NCBI RefSeq assembly: GCF_000737315.1 | Contig: NZ_JMCB01000008.1 | Coordinates: 20,001-144,000 of the forward strand | Reading direction: 5' to 3' | DNA length: 124,000 nt | Origin: Hyalangium minutum | GTDB taxonomy: Bacteria; Myxococcota; Myxococcia; Myxococcales; Myxococcaceae | Shown: one piece after another, positions 31,282 to 41,854 of the stretch | Layout of the letters: every line of letters begins with the position of its first letter | Numbering within the stretch: the first letter of the stretch is position 1 | Notes under the pieces: generated by a model | What the model saw: only the letters and a program-made list of their open reading frames with translations | What the model was told of the DNA's origin: nothing | The model's database searches: none | Position numbers and translations under genes: made by a program

Positions 31282-34200
31282 ATGACATCCAGGGTTAGTT
31301 GGGGAGCAGTTCTGCTGTCCGCGGCGATGACGGTGACGGGATGTGGCGAGGAGCCTTCCGAACTGTCCGCCGTACCAGAGGCCGAGGCCACCACGGTGGC
31401 CACTCACACGGCCATCCAGGCGCTGGCCAGCACCGACAAGGTGCTCATCCTGGGCAGCAGCGTGAGCGGCGGAGCGCAGAGCCGCGAGGCGCAGGCGGTG
31501 GCGGCGCTGTCGCCCAGCACGCAGGTTGACGTGGTGTCGGCGGAGCAGTGGCGGGCGATGACGGCCCAGCAGTTCATGTCGTATCGGGCGATCATCATCG
31601 GCGATGCGGCCTGCCAGAGCGGCACGGCGGCGTTCCAGGCGGCGGTGGACACCCGCAACGTCTGGGGCCCGATGATCGACGGCACCGTGGCGCTGGCCAG
31701 CACCAACCTGTCCAGCAACGGCACGCCGCACATGCTGGAGAACGCCATCGCGTTCGCGCTGGACTCGCCGCAGCAGCGCACGGGCATGTACGTCTCGCTG
31801 GGCTGCGCCTACCAGAGCGCCGCACCCAACACGGCGGTGCAGCTGCTCGAGCCGCTCGGCGTCTTCAAGGTGTCGGGCCTGCAGGCCTGCGCCAACGCCG
31901 GCCACATCTTCGAGATGAACACCGGCATCATGACCCGGAACCTCTCGGACTCGCAGCTGTCGTCCAGCGGGTGCGTGGCGCGCTCGGTGTTCACCCAGTA
32001 CCCCGACCGCAACTTCTCCTTCGTGGCGGTGGCGCGGAACACCTCCGGCGCTTCGCTGCCGGGCCAGCAGTCCTACACGGACTACATGGAGAACCCGGAG
32101 CAGGAGACGAGCTACAACGGCACGCCGTACCTGCTCGTGCGCGGGGCGTCGACCCTGAGCGCCGGCTGCGGCCTGTCGGACTACTCGCCTGCCGGTGAGG
32201 AGTGCGACATGGGCGACGGGTGGAACGGGCAGGCCGCGGTGCAGGGCCAGAACCCGCTCGATACCTGCTCGTACACGTGCCGCAACAACTGGTGCGGCGA
32301 TGGCGTGGTGGACGCGAACTTCGGTGAGGAGTGCGACAACGGCAACCAGAACGGCCGCTTGCTCAGCTCCGCCGGCGCCCTGGGCAACTGCTCTTCGGCC
32401 TGCAAGCTGATTGGCCCTTCCTCGCCGCCACCGAGCAACCCGCCCGTGGCGCGCTGCAAGGACGCGGTGGTGTCGGCCGGGTACACCTGCGGCGTGTACG
32501 CGAGCGTCGACAACGGCTCCTACGACCCGGACAATGACCTGGTGTCGTGCACGCAGAGCCCGGACAGCGTGTACGGCCTGGGCACCACGGCGGTGACGCT
32601 GACCTGCCGCGATGCCCAGAGCCACGTGTCCACGTGCAACGCCACGGTGACGGTGGTGGACAACACGCCGCCGGTGGTGACGCTCAACGGCTCCGCCAGC
32701 CACACGCTGGAGTGCAACCGGAACCTCGTGTACCCGGATCAGGGTGCCACCGGTCAGGACGCCTGCTCGGGCGCCCTGCCGACGGTGCGCTCGGGTGTGG
32801 TGAACATGGCCCAGGCCAGCACCTACAGCCTGACCTATACCGCGACGGACGGGTCTGGCAACCAGGGCTCGGCCACGCGCAGCGTCACCGTGGCGGACAC
32901 GCTGGCGCCGACCCTGACGCTGCTGGGCGCGGCTTCGGTGACCGCGGAGTGCGGCACTGCGTTCAATGACCCCGGGGCCGCGGTCTCGGATCAGTGCGTG
33001 AACAGCATCTCGGCCACGCGGTCCGGCGCGCTGAACCTCTCGGCGCCTGGCGCCTACACGCTGCGCTACGACGCGCGGGACCCGTCGAACAACGCGGCGG
33101 CGTTCAAGACCCGCACCGTGACCGTGAGGGACACGCTCAAGCCCACGGTGACCGTGCAGGGTGCCCTGAACCAGGCGGTGGAGTGCGGCAGCGCCTACAC
33201 GGACCCGGGTGCCACGGTGCAGGACCAGTGCGCGACCTCCCTGGCGGCGACGGCGACGGGCTCGGTCAATGCCTCGCAGCCGGGCACCTACACCCTGAGC
33301 TACCGGGCGGTGGATCCGTCCGGCAACGTGGGCACGGCCACCTCTTCTCGCACGGTGACGGTGAGCGACACGCTGGCGCCCGCCCTGACGCTCAACGGCC
33401 CGGCCTCGCTGCAGCTCGAGTGCGCCACCCCCTACACGGATCTGGGCGCCACGGCGCAGGACCTGTGCGCGGGTTCGGTGGCCGTCACGTCGACCGGCTC
33501 GGTGAACAACCGGCAGCTGGGTCCCCAGACGATCAGCTACAGCGCGAACGACGGCCGCGGCCACACCGCCTCGGCGACGCGCACGGTCACCGTCGCCGAC
33601 ACCCGGGCGCCGGCCATCACCGTGCAGGGCTCGCTCAACACCACGTATGAGTGCGGCTCCACGTATGTGGATCTGGGCGCCACGGCCTCGGACGCCTGCG
33701 CGGGCTCGGTGCCGGTCACCGCGACGCAGACGAGCAACCCGAACCAGCCGGGCAGCTTCACCATCACCTACTCGGCGGTGGACCCGTCCGGAAACTCGGC
33801 CACCTCGACCGCCACCCGCACGGTGTCGGTGAACGACAGCGCTCCGCCCACCCTGGTGCTCAACGGCCCGGCCACCCAGTCTCTGGAGTGCGGCTCCTCC
33901 TACGAGGACCCCGGCGCCCTGGCTCAGGATGCGTGCTTCGGCGATGTCACGGCCCGCATCACGCGGAGCGGCTCGGTGAACGCCAGCGCCCCGGGCACCT
34001 ACGCGCTCACCTACAACGTGACGGATCCCGCGGGCCAGGCCGCTCCGTCGGTCAGCCGCACGGTGAACGTCAGCGACACGCTGGCGCCGACCCTGACGGT
34101 GCAGGGCTCGCTCAACGCGCAGGTCGAGTGTGGCACGGCGTACAACGATGCGGGCGCCACGGCCTCGGACGTCTGCGCCGGGAACCTGAACTCCGCCATC

Positions 34201-35325
34201 CGCACCACCAGCAACGTCAACACCTCCGCTCCGGGCGGCTACACCGTGAGCTACGCGGTGACGGATGCCTCCGGCAACTCCGCCTCGGGCGGCCGGGCGG
34301 TGACGGTGCGTGACACCCAGGCGCCGGTCATCACGCCGCGCCCCGGTCCCTCCACCCTGGAGTGCAACGGCACGCCCTACGTGGAGCTGGGCGCCACGGC
34401 CAACGACGCCTGCCGTGGGGATCTGAGCTCGGCCATCACCACCACCAGCAACCTCGACCAGACGCGCTCGGGTACGTACAACGTCACCTACCGCGTGGCG
34501 GACGCCTCCGGGAACGTGGGCACCGCGGTGCGCATGCTCACCGTCGGCCCCTGCTCCACCAACTCGTGCACGAACATCCGCCTGGGTGACTACAACCTGT
34601 TCCTGCAGGAGAACTACACCGGTGGCCACGACGTGGTGGGCAAGGTGGCGGCGGGCGGCAACATCTCCATGACGGACTTCTCCGTCGGCATGGGCCTGCC
34701 GTCCTCCAACCTCTCCAACACGCTGGTGGCGGGCGGCAACCTGTCGCTGTCTCGCGGCTCCATCGGCGGCGACGCCTGGTACGGTGGCACGCTCACCGCG
34801 GACCAGAGCGTGTCGCAGTCGCGCGGCGTCCGCCGCCAGGGCACGCCGATCGACTTCGCGGCCAAGTTCAGCGAGCTGCGCGGCCTGACGGGTCAGCTGG
34901 CCAACATGACGGCCACGGGCACCACCCGCCGCGAGAGCTGGGGTGGCATCTCGATGACGGGCAACCGCTCCACGGTGAACGTGTTCGACATCAGCGCCAG
35001 CGCCTTCACCGGTGCGGTGTACTGGCAGATCAACGCGCCGGCCGGCTCGCTGGTGGTGGTCAACATCCGCGGCTCTGCGGCCCGGTTCACCAACTTCGGC
35101 ATCCAGTTCAGCGGCGGCATCGACCAGCACGGCGTCCTGTTCAACTTCGTGGACACCACGAGCATCACCGCCTCGGGCTTCGGCTTCTGGGGCACGGTCC
35201 TGGCGCCCTACGCGGACGTGAACTTCAACAACGGCAGCTGGGATGGCGGCATCTACGCGAAGTCCTTCACGGGCAACGCCGAGGGCCACATCAACCCGCT
35301 CAACGACCGCGACATCTGCCCGTGA
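31282..35325 (+). CDS. Large repeat lipoprotein: myxobacterial Cys-rich repeat, eight DUF5011/HYR-like repeats, C-terminal choice-of-anchor A domain
   Basis: Lipobox AMTVTGC; CGDGVVD..GEECDNG; eight D(N/T/S)xxP..G..ECG units; GTVLAPYA and GGIYAKSF. Confidence 0.8.
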   Translation: MTSRVSWGAVLLSAAMTVTGCGEEPSELSAVPEAEATTVATHTAIQALASTDKVLILGSSVSGGAQSREAQAVAALSPSTQVDVVSAEQWRAMTAQQFMSYRAIIIGDAACQSGTAAFQAAVDTRNVWGPMIDGTVALASTNLSSNGTPHMLENAIAFALDSPQQRTGMYVSLGCAYQSAAPNTAVQLLEPLGVFKVSGLQACANAGHIFEMNTGIMTRNLSDSQLSSSGCVARSVFTQYPDRNFSFVAVARNTSGASLPGQQSYTDYMENPEQETSYNGTPYLLVRGASTLSAGCGLSDYSPAGEECDMGDGWNGQAAVQGQNPLDTCSYTCRNNWCGDGVVDANFGEECDNGNQNGRLLSSAGALGNCSSACKLIGPSSPPPSNPPVARCKDAVVSAGYTCGVYASVDNGSYDPDNDLVSCTQSPDSVYGLGTTAVTLTCRDAQSHVSTCNATVTVVDNTPPVVTLNGSASHTLECNRNLVYPDQGATGQDACSGALPTVRSGVVNMAQASTYSLTYTATDGSGNQGSATRSVTVADTLAPTLTLLGAASVTAECGTAFNDPGAAVSDQCVNSISATRSGALNLSAPGAYTLRYDARDPSNNAAAFKTRTVTVRDTLKPTVTVQGALNQAVECGSAYTDPGATVQDQCATSLAATATGSVNASQPGTYTLSYRAVDPSGNVGTATSSRTVTVSDTLAPALTLNGPASLQLECATPYTDLGATAQDLCAGSVAVTSTGSVNNRQLGPQTISYSANDGRGHTASATRTVTVADTRAPAITVQGSLNTTYECGSTYVDLGATASDACAGSVPVTATQTSNPNQPGSFTITYSAVDPSGNSATSTATRTVSVNDSAPPTLVLNGPATQSLECGSSYEDPGALAQDACFGDVTARITRSGSVNASAPGTYALTYNVTDPAGQAAPSVSRTVNVSDTLAPTLTVQGSLNAQVECGTAYNDAGATASDVCAGNLNSAIRTTSNVNTSAPGGYTVSYAVTDASGNSASGGRAVTVRDTQAPVITPRPGPSTLECNGTPYVELGATANDACRGDLSSAITTTSNLDQTRSGTYNVTYRVADASGNVGTAVRMLTVGPCSTNSCTNIRLGDYNLFLQENYTGGHDVVGKVAAGGNISMTDFSVGMGLPSSNLSNTLVAGGNLSLSRGSIGGDAWYGGTLTADQSVSQSRGVRRQGTPIDFAAKFSELRGLTGQLANMTATGTTRRESWGGISMTGNRSTVNVFDISASAFTGAVYWQINAPAGSLVVVNIRGSAARFTNFGIQFSGGIDQHGVLFNFVDTTSITASGFGFWGTVLAPYADVNFNNGSWDGGIYAKSFTGNAEGHINPLNDRDICP

Positions 35326-35333
35326 GGGATGAG

Positions 35334-35359
35334 GCGGGAGCTCCACTGAGAGCTCCCGC
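35334..35359. terminator. GC-rich hairpin between convergent genes
   Basis: GCGGGAGCTC-cactga-GAGCTCCCGC perfect 10-bp stem. Confidence 0.6.
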
Positions 35360-35433
35360 TTCGGCCTCCCGAAGCTGAATGCTGAGCACAGCCCTCGCCC
35401 CACCGGAGCCCGCTCCGGACCGGGGCGGGGGCT

Positions 35434-37428
35434 TCAGCTTTTCTGGCGGCGCGAGCGCAGCGCCCACGCCCCCAGCATCAGCGCCACGGCGCCCAGCCCC
35501 GCGCCCGAGGCGCTCTCGCAGCCACAGCCCACCTCGAGCGCTCCGGGCATTACCACCGTGAACGTCGTGGGCGCGGAGGAGAAGCCAGTGCTGCCTCCCG
35601 TCTCCAGCGCCTGAGCCGTGACGGTGTGCTCACCGGGTGCCAGCGCCTGACCGGGCGTGAGCGTGTAATAGAAGCGCCCGGCCTGATCCAACGGCACCTG
35701 GGCCACCTCGGCTCCGTCCACCTGAAGGCGAACCGAGACGCCCAAGGGACTCGTCCCCGTGAGGAGGGGCGTGGGATCCACCTGCTCGCCCTGCGCGGGA
35801 GACACGAGGATGGGGTTCATCGCCGGCTCGGCGACGTCGAAGCGGGTCACCGCGGAGAGCGGGCTGTACAGCCCCAGGGACTCCGCGGATGCGCGAAGCT
35901 CGTGTGCTCCAGGCGTCAGCTCCATGGGGGCCGTGTAGACGAAGCCGCCATCGGGGCTGCTCGCCTGCACCTGCACGTAGGGCGTCCCATCCAGGAAGAG
36001 GTGAACCTGGACGCCCTGCTCGGCCGCCCCTTCGAAGCGGGGACGCGGCGCCACGCCGACCGCTCCATTCACTGGCTGCGACACCGTGGGCGTTACGAGC
36101 GTTCGCACCCCGGTGACTGTTTGCTGCGCCGAGCCGTACGCGCTTCCACCATCCAAGCTGGCCGGCCCCGCGCCCCGGCTGTCGCCCGTCGCCGACGATC
36201 GCCCCGCCGCCCCGGCGAGCACCACCGCGGGACACGTGAGGGGCTGTCCCTGCAGGAAGACGACGCCTCCAGCGCCGCCACCGCCCGGGCCAATCGGGTA
36301 CGCGGGATGAACGGTGTCTCCGCCCGCGCCCCCCGAGGCGTCCGCAGCGCCGCAGGCCAGTCCCGCGGCGGATCTCAAGGAGATGGCTCCGCCTGCACCG
36401 CCGCCGCCCGCACCGTCATCTCCCGTCCCGGACGTAGGAGGCACCGACGCGCCCTTCGCGCTGAAGCGCCCCGTCCCCACCACCGCCCCCGCGCGCAGGA
36501 GCATCAGCCCACCTCCCGCGCCTCCGCTGGTTCCTAAATTGTTGTTGCCCTCGCCCGCGCCGCCGCCCCCGCCAAACACGAGGCGCTCGTAGGGCAGGTA
36601 CACCACGGCCGCTCCGCCCAGGCCACCCACGTCCCGGTCCCCGTCAGAAGAACGAGCCCCCGTGCCGCCCATGCCGGCATGGCCTCCACCGCCCCCCCCG
36701 GAGTTGTGGCAGTTACCGCCGCCCCCGCCGTTGGCCACGTTGCCTCGTCCCGAGGCCGTCCCGTACCGCCCGGCCACCAGCCCCTCTCCTTTATAGGAGC
36801 CACCGCTGGCCGAGGGCTCGTCGAGCCCCGCGCAGCCGTCACGGTCCGCGTGGTTGAGGTACACCCCACCCCGGAAGCCGGCGCCGTCCACCGACACGAG
36901 CCCGTTGTTGCTCAGCGTGCCGGTGGCCAACAGCGCGAGGATGCCGCCCACGCTCCCGTCCCACGGCGCCGCCCGGAGCGAGCCGTTGGCGAGCACCTGG
37001 ACGTCCGTGTACTCGGGCACACTCACCACCTGCGTCACCCTGGCGGGGAAGCCGTTCGTCAGCGGCGCGGTCAGCCGCAGCACGCCCGGAGACACGGCCT
37101 CGACGCGCCCGTACTCGAACTGGCCCACCGGGTTCGCCGCATCGAGGCGGATCTGCGATGGATCTCCCGAGGCAGGCGCCGGCGTCAGGTCCGTGGATTG
37201 ATGGAGGAGGACCAGGTCGCCCGCCGAGAAGGCGCTGGCATCCGAGAGCGTCAGGACCTGCGTCCCCGCCGGCGCGCTGGCGGTGAGCTGGGCGTAGCGG
37301 TTGACCACGGTGTCCTGCGCCGTGACCCGCAGAAGGCCTCTGCGCCCCGTGCCCAGTCCGAAGGTATCCGGCTCGGCCCCCGCACCACCGGCCCAGAGAA
37401 GTCCCGCCACCCAAAGAGTGTTCCGCAT
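35434..37428 (-). CDS. AgmC-like Gly-rich surface protein with Ig domains and MYXO-CTERM-like tail
   Basis: AEPDTFGLGTG, GQFEYGRV, VSVPEY, WDGSVGGILA, GGGGG runs; C-terminal GCGC-TM-RSRR. Confidence 0.75.
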   Translation of the reverse strand: MRNTLWVAGLLWAGGAGAEPDTFGLGTGRRGLLRVTAQDTVVNRYAQLTASAPAGTQVLTLSDASAFSAGDLVLLHQSTDLTPAPASGDPSQIRLDAANPVGQFEYGRVEAVSPGVLRLTAPLTNGFPARVTQVVSVPEYTDVQVLANGSLRAAPWDGSVGGILALLATGTLSNNGLVSVDGAGFRGGVYLNHADRDGCAGLDEPSASGGSYKGEGLVAGRYGTASGRGNVANGGGGGNCHNSGGGGGGHAGMGGTGARSSDGDRDVGGLGGAAVVYLPYERLVFGGGGGAGEGNNNLGTSGGAGGGLMLLRAGAVVGTGRFSAKGASVPPTSGTGDDGAGGGGAGGAISLRSAAGLACGAADASGGAGGDTVHPAYPIGPGGGGAGGVVFLQGQPLTCPAVVLAGAAGRSSATGDSRGAGPASLDGGSAYGSAQQTVTGVRTLVTPTVSQPVNGAVGVAPRPRFEGAAEQGVQVHLFLDGTPYVQVQASSPDGGFVYTAPMELTPGAHELRASAESLGLYSPLSAVTRFDVAEPAMNPILVSPAQGEQVDPTPLLTGTSPLGVSVRLQVDGAEVAQVPLDQAGRFYYTLTPGQALAPGEHTVTAQALETGGSTGFSSAPTTFTVVMPGALEVGCGCESASGAGLGAVALMLGAWALRSRRQKS

Positions 37429-37578
37429 GGGGGCATGCTGCCCCACCCCCTCACAAGGGTCGAGGAAGGTGCGGGCGGCGGCGCAGCCCCCTCAACGTCC
37501 GCAGGAGCACCCCAGCCCACAGCCCCGTGACGGCGACCACCTCGAACGACGTGCGCGGCAAGCGCGCCACCGTGTGGC

Positions 37579-38697
37579 TCAGGCCGCGCGGACCAGCTCG
37601 GCGACGGTCGCCTTGGGCGCAACCACGGCCTTCGGGCGGTTCTTGCGGATCTGCCGCGCGAGGATGAAGGTGTAGATGACGATTGGCAGGAGGAACAGGT
37701 CCGCCACGCCGCCCAGCTGGGCGAAGCGCCCCTGCACGTAGCCGTCGATCAGCAGGCCCACGTAGACGCCCACCACCACGAGCGAGCAGTGCGTGGAGGC
37801 CCAGAACACCACGTTGTTGGCCGTGCGCGGATCCTTGTGGGCACCGCGATAGAGCCGGGCCACGTGCCACACGGCCACCGGCGAGCTGGCCATCACGCCC
37901 AGCCCCACCCAGATGGGGACGCCCATCCAGAGCACGCCGGGGATGACCATCAGATACGCCACCGCCTGCACCACCGCGTGCATGTGGACGATCGTGCGGG
38001 GGCCCAGGCGCACCGGCAGCGTGCGCTTGCCCACGAGGATGTCACCCTCGTAGTCCTGCAGGTTCATGATCGTCATGCGCACGAACTGGATCAGAAAGGC
38101 CGGCAGCAGCAGCAGGAAGGGGAAGAAGCTGAACTCGCCCGAGGCCAGCGTGTAGCCGATCACCGGCACGCACCCGTTGAGCCCCGTCGTCACTGTCAGC
38201 TCACCCAGGCCCCGATAATTGAACTGGAACGGAGGCGCCGTGTAGAACCACCCCAGCGGCACCGCGATCAGCGCCGCGTACTGCGCCTCCGCCGGCATCG
38301 CCAGGATCAGCAGCAGCGCGGTACACAACAGGACACAGCTCGCCGTGAGGCTCACCCACGGCTTGAGCAGGCCCTCCACCAGCACCCGGCTGCCCCCCGT
38401 CCACGCGGTGGGCGCGGGGTTGGCCAGGTCCGCCTGCAGATCAAAGTACTCGTTGCAGTAGTGCGTCATCAGGTGGACGCACCAGACGAACAGCTGCCCG
38501 TGCACGTACGAAGCCAGAGAGGGCGTGTGCCCCAGGTAGACCGCCGCAGCCACACCCAGCGTGTAAAGAACCCAGCTGTACAGGAGGTATTTCGGCCGCC
38601 CCAGGCGAACCAGCAGCATGAAGCTGCGCTTGAGTGAAGCCGCGGGTGGAACAGCCACCACCTCGCCACCATGGATGGGCATCGGGAGATGATTCAC
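37579..38697 (-). CDS. UbiA/MenA-like membrane prenyltransferase
   Basis: HYCNEYFDLQAD, TGGSRVL, YTAPP, NLQDYEGD..GKRTLPVRLG. Confidence 0.85.
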   Translation of the reverse strand: MNHLPMPIHGGEVVAVPPAASLKRSFMLLVRLGRPKYLLYSWVLYTLGVAAAVYLGHTPSLASYVHGQLFVWCVHLMTHYCNEYFDLQADLANPAPTAWTGGSRVLVEGLLKPWVSLTASCVLLCTALLLILAMPAEAQYAALIAVPLGWFYTAPPFQFNYRGLGELTVTTGLNGCVPVIGYTLASGEFSFFPFLLLLPAFLIQFVRMTIMNLQDYEGDILVGKRTLPVRLGPRTIVHMHAVVQAVAYLMVIPGVLWMGVPIWVGLGVMASSPVAVWHVARLYRGAHKDPRTANNVVFWASTHCSLVVVGVYVGLLIDGYVQGRFAQLGGVADLFLLPIVIYTFILARQIRKNRPKAVVAPKATVAELVRAA

Positions 38698-38720
38698 TGT
38701 GAGGGCCTCCTGACGACGGC

Positions 38721-38774
38721 AATTCTCTGAATCAGAGAATTAGCGATTAAAATGGTGAAATAGAATTCTTCTAT
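38721..38774. promoter_or_regulatory. AT-rich palindromic operator candidates upstream of the prenyltransferase
   Basis: AATTCTCTGA-A-TCAGAGAATT (38721-38741) and ATAGAA-TTC-TTCTAT (38760-38774). Confidence 0.5.
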
Positions 38775-38889
38775 TGTCAAAGAACTCCTGAAATACCGGT
38801 TCAGAATTCTTTTCCGAAGGTGAACAGATCACCGCCCTCTTCGCGCGGAGGTGAGTCCGCAACGGAGCGCTACCCACCTGTGCTTTTGT

Positions 38890-40614
38890 TTACGGTGCGC
38901 CCACGCCTTCGCTCGACACGTCCATCCGATCGAACGCGCGGCCGAGGGCCATGACACCCAGGCCTACTTCGAGCGACACCCCCGCCGCAGCGACGAGCCC
39001 CGCGCACGGCAGCGCCCAAACACCCAGCACGCCATAGAGCGCGAAGCCCACCAGCGCGGCGACGATGGCTGCAGGCAACAGCCCGCCCATCACCACCACG
39101 AGGGCACCTGCGAGCGTCAACAGCCGCTGGCCCAGTGCCTCGATGCCGCGGGCCCGCTCGCCATCAGCGGGGAGCCACGCGGGGAAGAGCACCACGGCGG
39201 CGTTCTGGACGAACACACCGCCAATGGCGAGCGCGGGCAGCAACGGCGCCAACCCCAGTGCCCCGGCCACCCACAGCTCGGCCCCCCACGGGCCGGGAGC
39301 CCCCACGGCCATGGCCACGGCCAGCAGGAGCAGCACGAGCTGCATGATGGCCAGCAGCACCCCCGGGGCCAGCATCTCGGCGGCGACCACCTGCCTTCCC
39401 GTCAACGGGAGCGCCCGGAGCAGATCCAGCTTGGGCAGATCCAGGCGGAGATCCGAGCGCATGGAGACGGGGCCGAACACGGTGAGCATGCCCGCGAACG
39501 TCAGGTAGACGCCCGCCATCACCTGCCGCGTCTGGGAGAGCGCGGCGGGAGCGAACACGGCGACGCCCAGGGGCACGGCGAGCCCCAGCAGCGCCAGCAC
39601 GAGCAGCACCTCGGGCCCGGCGATGCGACGCGCGGCGATGAGGTTCTTCCACAGCAGCGCCACCTCGGGCCGTCCGGAGGCGCTCAGGCGGAAGAAGGGC
39701 TTGCGCAGGACGATGTGCCCCACCCGGGCCACCCGCTGGCTGCGCCGCCGCGCCGTCTCCTCGGCCCGCACCACCACCGCCTCCTCGAAGGGGACGATGA
39801 GCACGGTGATCCAGAGGTAGTGGACCGCGAGCAGCCCCAGCACGATCGGCATCGAGCGGAGGAAGGCCCCCACCCCCTCCGCCAGAGCGGGCGCCACCAG
39901 GACGCGCCCCGGCCACAGGGCCACCTGGAGCGCCGGGTGCGAGACGAGCGCGAAGAGCCACTCCCGGGAAGGCGCCTGGCCCTCGGGGCCCACCGGGAAG
40001 GGGTTCTCCTGGAACGCCGAGTACCCGGCCCACCCCAGGGCCGCGAACAGCACGAGGAGCACGGCCCACCGCAGCACCGTGCCCCACCCTCCGAGCCGGG
40101 CCAGCCGCGTGCGAACGAACGAGGCCGCGGTGACGTGCAGGTTCACGGTGACGAACGCGAGCACGGAGCCCAGGAAGAACAGCACCAGGTGCGGGGTGAC
40201 GGCCCGCCCGATGAAGATCGTGGTGAAGACAGAGCTGACCCCGGCGCCCATCACCCCGCGGGCCAGCTTGTAGTGCAGCAGCCCGCGCCGGCTGATGGGT
40301 GCGGCGAACAGCTGCTGCACCTCCGTCTCCGTGAACGCGAGCGACGGCCGGTCCTGCCCGAGGATCCAAGCGGCGGCCAGCGACACCATCACCATGGTGC
40401 CCAGCGACAGCTCGGCCAGGGCGCGCGCGCTGGGGGGCAGCGACTCCACGGAGCGCGAGTAGCTCAGCCGCCGGACCACCATCATATAAAGGTAGGCACC
40501 GCCGACGATGAGCCCCGCCAGGTACTTCGGCTGGCGCATGCGCTCCAGCTGCTTGCGCACGCGGTTGCGCAGCGAGGCCCACCACAGGAACGCCACCGCG
40601 CGCGGGAAGCTCAT
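38890..40614 (-). CDS. Putative ABC exporter permease
   Basis: Many TMs, F...EVQ.LF.API.RR.LLHYKL; overlaps the ATPase stop. Confidence 0.8.
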   Translation of the reverse strand: MSFPRAVAFLWWASLRNRVRKQLERMRQPKYLAGLIVGGAYLYMMVVRRLSYSRSVESLPPSARALAELSLGTMVMVSLAAAWILGQDRPSLAFTETEVQQLFAAPISRRGLLHYKLARGVMGAGVSSVFTTIFIGRAVTPHLVLFFLGSVLAFVTVNLHVTAASFVRTRLARLGGWGTVLRWAVLLVLFAALGWAGYSAFQENPFPVGPEGQAPSREWLFALVSHPALQVALWPGRVLVAPALAEGVGAFLRSMPIVLGLLAVHYLWITVLIVPFEEAVVVRAEETARRRSQRVARVGHIVLRKPFFRLSASGRPEVALLWKNLIAARRIAGPEVLLVLALLGLAVPLGVAVFAPAALSQTRQVMAGVYLTFAGMLTVFGPVSMRSDLRLDLPKLDLLRALPLTGRQVVAAEMLAPGVLLAIMQLVLLLLAVAMAVGAPGPWGAELWVAGALGLAPLLPALAIGGVFVQNAAVVLFPAWLPADGERARGIEALGQRLLTLAGALVVVMGGLLPAAIVAALVGFALYGVLGVWALPCAGLVAAAGVSLEVGLGVMALGRAFDRMDVSSEGVGAP

Positions 40615-41414
40615 GAGGCGGGAGGCTCCGGCCTCTCCTCGCTCCCGGCGCTGGTGATGCGCACGAAGATCTCCTCCAGCGAGGCGTTGCCGCCCTCCAG
40701 CCCGCTCAGCTGCGCGCGGATCTCCGCCAGGGTGCCGAGCGCCACCGCGCGGCCTCCGGAGATGACGAGGATGCGGTGGCACAGCTCCTCCACCAACGGC
40801 AGCAGGTGCGAGGAGAGCACCAGCGCCGCCCCCTGCTCCGCCCGCTTCCGCAGCGAGGCCTTCATCCTCCGGATGCCGATGGGGTCCAAGCCCGTGAGGG
40901 GCTCGTCCAGGAGAATGAGCCGCGGGTCATGCAGGAAGCCGCAGGCGATGGAGAGCTTCTGCTTCATGCCGCGCGACAGCTCTCCCGGCAGCGCCTTCTC
41001 CTTGTTCCCCAGCTCCATCTCCGCGAGCAGCGCGCGCGCCTTGTCCTCCCACTGCTCCACGCCATAGAGGCGGGCCACGAAGTTCAGGTGCTCCCAGACG
41101 GTGAGGTACTCGAAGAGGCGCGGCTCGTCCGGCAGGAACGCCAGCGCTTGCTTCGCCTTCACGGGCTCGTGCGCCACGTCATGGCCCACCACGGCGACCT
41201 TCCCCGAGGACACGGGGAGGATGCCCGCGAGGCACCTCAGGGTGGACGTCTTTCCCGCACCGTTGGGGCCCACCAGCCCCAGCACCTCGCCGGGCGCCAC
41301 CTGGAAGGTCAGCCCCTGCACGGCCTTCACCGCGCCGTAGGTCTTCTCCAGGGACACCACCTCCAGCACGGGCGTCCCGGTTCCAGGTTCCACTGTCGTC
41401 TCGGGAGGAAGCAC
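40611..41414 (-). CDS. ABC transporter ATP-binding protein
   Basis: GPNGAGKT, LSRGMKQK, LLDEP. Confidence 0.95.
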   Translation of the reverse strand: MLPPETTVEPGTGTPVLEVVSLEKTYGAVKAVQGLTFQVAPGEVLGLVGPNGAGKTSTLRCLAGILPVSSGKVAVVGHDVAHEPVKAKQALAFLPDEPRLFEYLTVWEHLNFVARLYGVEQWEDKARALLAEMELGNKEKALPGELSRGMKQKLSIACGFLHDPRLILLDEPLTGLDPIGIRRMKASLRKRAEQGAALVLSSHLLPLVEELCHRILVISGGRAVALGTLAEIRAQLSGLEGGNASLEEIFVRITSAGSEERPEPPAS

Positions 41415-41426
41415 CTCGGCTCCGGC

Positions 41427-41804
41427 TCAGTGCAGGTTCAGCAGCCCCTTCACCGTATCGAGCACGACCTTGGCTTGCACGGGTTTGACGAGGTAGGCGC
41501 TTGCCCCGAGCGCCAGGGCCCGGTCGCGGTCCGCCGTGGCCCCCTCGGTGGTGATGACCACGATGGGGACGTCCTTGTGGATCGGATCCTGCCGGATGTG
41601 GCTGATCAGCTTGAGCCCATCCATCAGCGGCATGTTGATGTCGGTGAGGACCAGGTCGAACTGGCCCTGGGTGAACTTCTTCAGGCCGTCGGCACCGTCC
41701 GCGGCCTCGACGCAGACGACTCCGCCCAGCCGCTGCAGGGCATACATGATGCTGCGCCGCATGGCCTGGGAGTCGTCTACCACCAGCGCCCGGATCTGCG
41801 TCAT
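41427..41804 (-). CDS. cheY: CheY-like response regulator
   Basis: VVDD, TDINMP, ITTEG, YLVKP; located in the che cluster. Confidence 0.88.
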   Translation of the reverse strand: MTQIRALVVDDSQAMRRSIMYALQRLGGVVCVEAADGADGLKKFTQGQFDLVLTDINMPLMDGLKLISHIRQDPIHKDVPIVVITTEGATADRDRALALGASAYLVKPVQAKVVLDTVKGLLNLH

Positions 41805-41854
41805 GGCTGGGAAGATACCACCGCCGTCCAGAAAACGGCCGGATTCGCCGCCGC

